Assembly (NCBI GenBank): GCA_012295275.1
Contig: CM022671.1
Span: 9,548,001 to 9,612,000 of the forward strand
DNA length: 64,000 nucleotides
Origin: Chrysomallon squamiferum
Lineage: Eukaryota; Animalia; Mollusca
Reading direction: 5' to 3'
Within the stretch, counting starts at the first letter, position 1. Each line of letters opens with the position of its first letter. The position numbers and the translations under genes are program-made. The notes under the pieces were generated by a model that had not been told where the DNA came from, searched no databases, and worked only from the letters and a program-made list of their open reading frames with translations. Below, piece by piece: positions 61,303-64,000 of the stretch.

Positions 61303-63139
61303 TTTTTTTTTTTTTTGACCACTGAGTGACAACAATAAAGATTTAATTTTTTGACCACATGAGTCAAAGATGAATTTGACATAGGCTGAAATGACATAGA
61401 GTGAGGTAAGCTTGACACTTTGATATAAATTGGTTATTTTACAGTTTGACAACATTTAATGAAATAGAATAAATTACAGTGGCTGATCCAGTGGAGGTGA
61501 ATTTGCTTCTTTTCTTTTTAACGTTCATTCCAAATATAATGATTGAATTTTAGGAAATTAACTAAGTCACTCAAAATACATTAAACATGATATGTCACAG
61601 ACACCTATAAGTTATTTGTATCTGTGACATTTAATAATTTCATATTAACCATAACAGTGTTGCCAATGTACAACACAAAACAACTTATTGACATCATTTT
61701 TTCCAACTGAAATTTGTTGTATTTTAATTACAACTGCTGGAAACCTGGTGCATAATGTACTTTTCATAGCTGAAAGTACAATGAAAAGAAGCCTGTGATA
61801 TTTCAGGTGAGAAATAGTATCTATCTGCCTACATTTCTTGGATATGACACATGCATCGAAACCAGTTTTGTGGCTTTGCACCACACCACATGCTGAGTCC
61901 TTGCTGCTTGACTAATTAATGAATCACCTGCAGTTCCTGTTCTCTTTTATTCTTCTTTTATTACTTTTGCCACATAAATCACGTTAACATACTGACTTTG
62001 CTACCAGTTATTGGTGCATACCCAAAGTGTTTGCGACAATCTAACTGATCTAACATTATCAGCATTCATTAGAAGGAGAAAAAGTTTCAATTGTTACTTT
62101 AAATCACAACTTGGCAAAATATGTGCATCTTTGGGAAACAACTGGACTCCCAGTCCAGCCACCACCAACCCTTATTTTATTTCTGGATATGCCACTGTAT
62201 TGGTTATTCCTATGTTTTGCAGTGATTAAACTGGTTATTCCTGATGTTTGATGCTAGAAACTGTGAAACCATAAAGTATCTCTCATATCAGATATTTCTT
62301 TACTTTAATCAATGGGATATTATAATCTTTAAGATTATTTAAGCTATTTCAAACTATGTTCTGGGAAATCAATAGGGGCCCTTTACTGGAATCCTGGGAC
62401 ACAGAATTAAAATAGACAAGTAAATATCTAATGAAAAATTAAATTAATAAATAAAATAATGTTTAGAAAAAAATAAAAAAAAAATAAAATAAAATAAAAT
62501 AAAATAACATTTAAAATATTTAAAATATAAAATAAAAAATCATCAGCATTCACAATGAAATTAGAAAGAGGAAATGAGAGAAACTAGACTGATCACACAT
62601 CACTCTTGTGTGATGCATGTATATAATTCTGAAGTTCTCCATATTATTTTATCTATGTTTATAATATAAGGCACACATGAGAAATGGGCTGGAGATCAAT
62701 ATAAACTTTTTATAAAATTCTGAAATTGTTTCTCCCATCTGTGCCTATTACCAAGTTTAAATCTCGTGAAAAGTTCATTTTTATATAAATAAATATCATT
62801 CCAGTGCAAGACCCTCAAGAATATTAAATGTAATAGAGGTGTCTAAGCTAAATGTCAAATACTTGATTAGCCATTGGCTATCATCCAGGGTAAGGAACCC
62901 TTAGATCAGTCTGTATTCTGACACAATGGCTTTCAGACTGACAGTTCCAGATGAAACAACAGTGTGAGCTTACACAAACATTCAGTGATAAAAAGTTAAA
63001 AATAAAAGAATTTTTTTTTTTTTTTATTTAAAAAAAAAAAAAAATAAAAATAAAGTAAAGTTGATACATCATAACAAATGTAACAATACTAATATTATAA
63101 AATTCATTGTTCTAACAAAAAATATATTTGTTCACTTAC

Positions 63140-63278
63140 AGAGCCATACAGAAATGAATCAATGAATCTCAAGTCACAAGTTTTGATAATGTCCTTTTTC
63201 TTCCACTTTTCTTTTCTTGTATTCTCTGCCTGCATGCATTCTTTTTTGTTGATGGCTTTCAAATGATTGTCTTCAATC
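63140..63278 (-). CDS. Putative coding exon of an unidentified gene or pseudogene
   Basis: ttattttaag|...|gtaagtgaa with open frame IEDNHLKAINKKECMQAENTRKEKWKKKDIIKTCDLRFIDSFLYGS; paralogous exon at 48292-48457. Confidence 0.35.
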
Positions 63279-64000
63279 CTTAAAATAACTAGCAAAAGAA
63301 AAATATTCTTATTGTAAGTATAACAATTATTAGCAAATTGCAACAATTCTAAAATTAAAATATAAATAAATTAAAAGCATTTTCTCCATCTTTAAAATAT
63401 ATTATAAAAATACAAATCGTTTTTTAAATATTACTGACTTCATTCAATTACCCAGTAATTATTCATTTTATTTTATTATATTTTATAATATTGTTCAGCT
63501 TGAAAAAAAAATGTTGGATATTAATGTAATACAAAATAGAAATCATATGTTATTACATGATTTACTGTGCAGTATTAAATCTGCATTTCCAGAAGCTTTC
63601 ATCAACCATTTCTTCATTTTGCTGCTCTGAAGTTGTTTTTTATTTCTGCAATAAGACTAAAAACACAAAATCAATTAGTTATAAAATGTCCATTTGAAGT
63701 AAATAAATGCAGCTTGAAATGTTTTTCAGCTATACATGTAAAGTTTAAACCAGAGTTATACTGCACACCATTATGTCCAAAACTAGATTATAATTACACT
63801 ATAAAAATCTTTAGGATGAGGAACTGATATTTTAGGATAAGTATCATTCACCTGTCAATTTTTCTAAACTCAGTAATTACTTAGTTTAAACTAAAATTCT
63901 GAAAAACTGAAGGTAAAATATCAAAATACAAAATGGCCAATTTCTTGAAATTTAGACAATATTTCCAAATTAAAAACTGCTGTCTATCTTGTAATATATT

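Overview
This is AT-rich eukaryotic DNA, most likely from an invertebrate; a decayed SINE resembling molluscan Meta-type SINEs hints at a mollusc. No intact protein-coding gene is evident, and there is no rRNA, tRNA or CRISPR array. Most listed ORFs are artefacts of microsatellites or tandem repeats. Layout: (1) 0.2-4.5 kb holds two oppositely oriented arrays of one ~23-bp core motif flanking a decayed Merlin/IS1595-type transposase. (2) 4.75-25.7 kb is a ~21-kb hierarchical tandem array of roughly 60 copies of a conserved 84-nt cassette. On the minus strand the cassette is bounded by canonical splice signals (polypyrimidine-CAG acceptor, G|GTAAAC donor) and separated by AT-rich intron-like spacers, arranged as ~1.35-kb higher-order repeats; this is the most unusual feature. 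(3) 26-64 kb is a patchwork of old direct and inverted duplications with several conserved hairpin elements. It also holds transposon fossils: two I/Nimb-type LINE pieces, a TTAA-flanked MITE, a Tx1/L1 zinc-knuckle piece, a hAT-like MITE end, ISL2EU-like SWIM/YqaJ and MULE-like remnants, a piggyBac deletion derivative and a near full-length dead mariner. A ~3.4-kb satellite of 69-bp units, each made of three hairpins, lies near the end. All calls come from reading and hand-translating the sequence; no searches were run.
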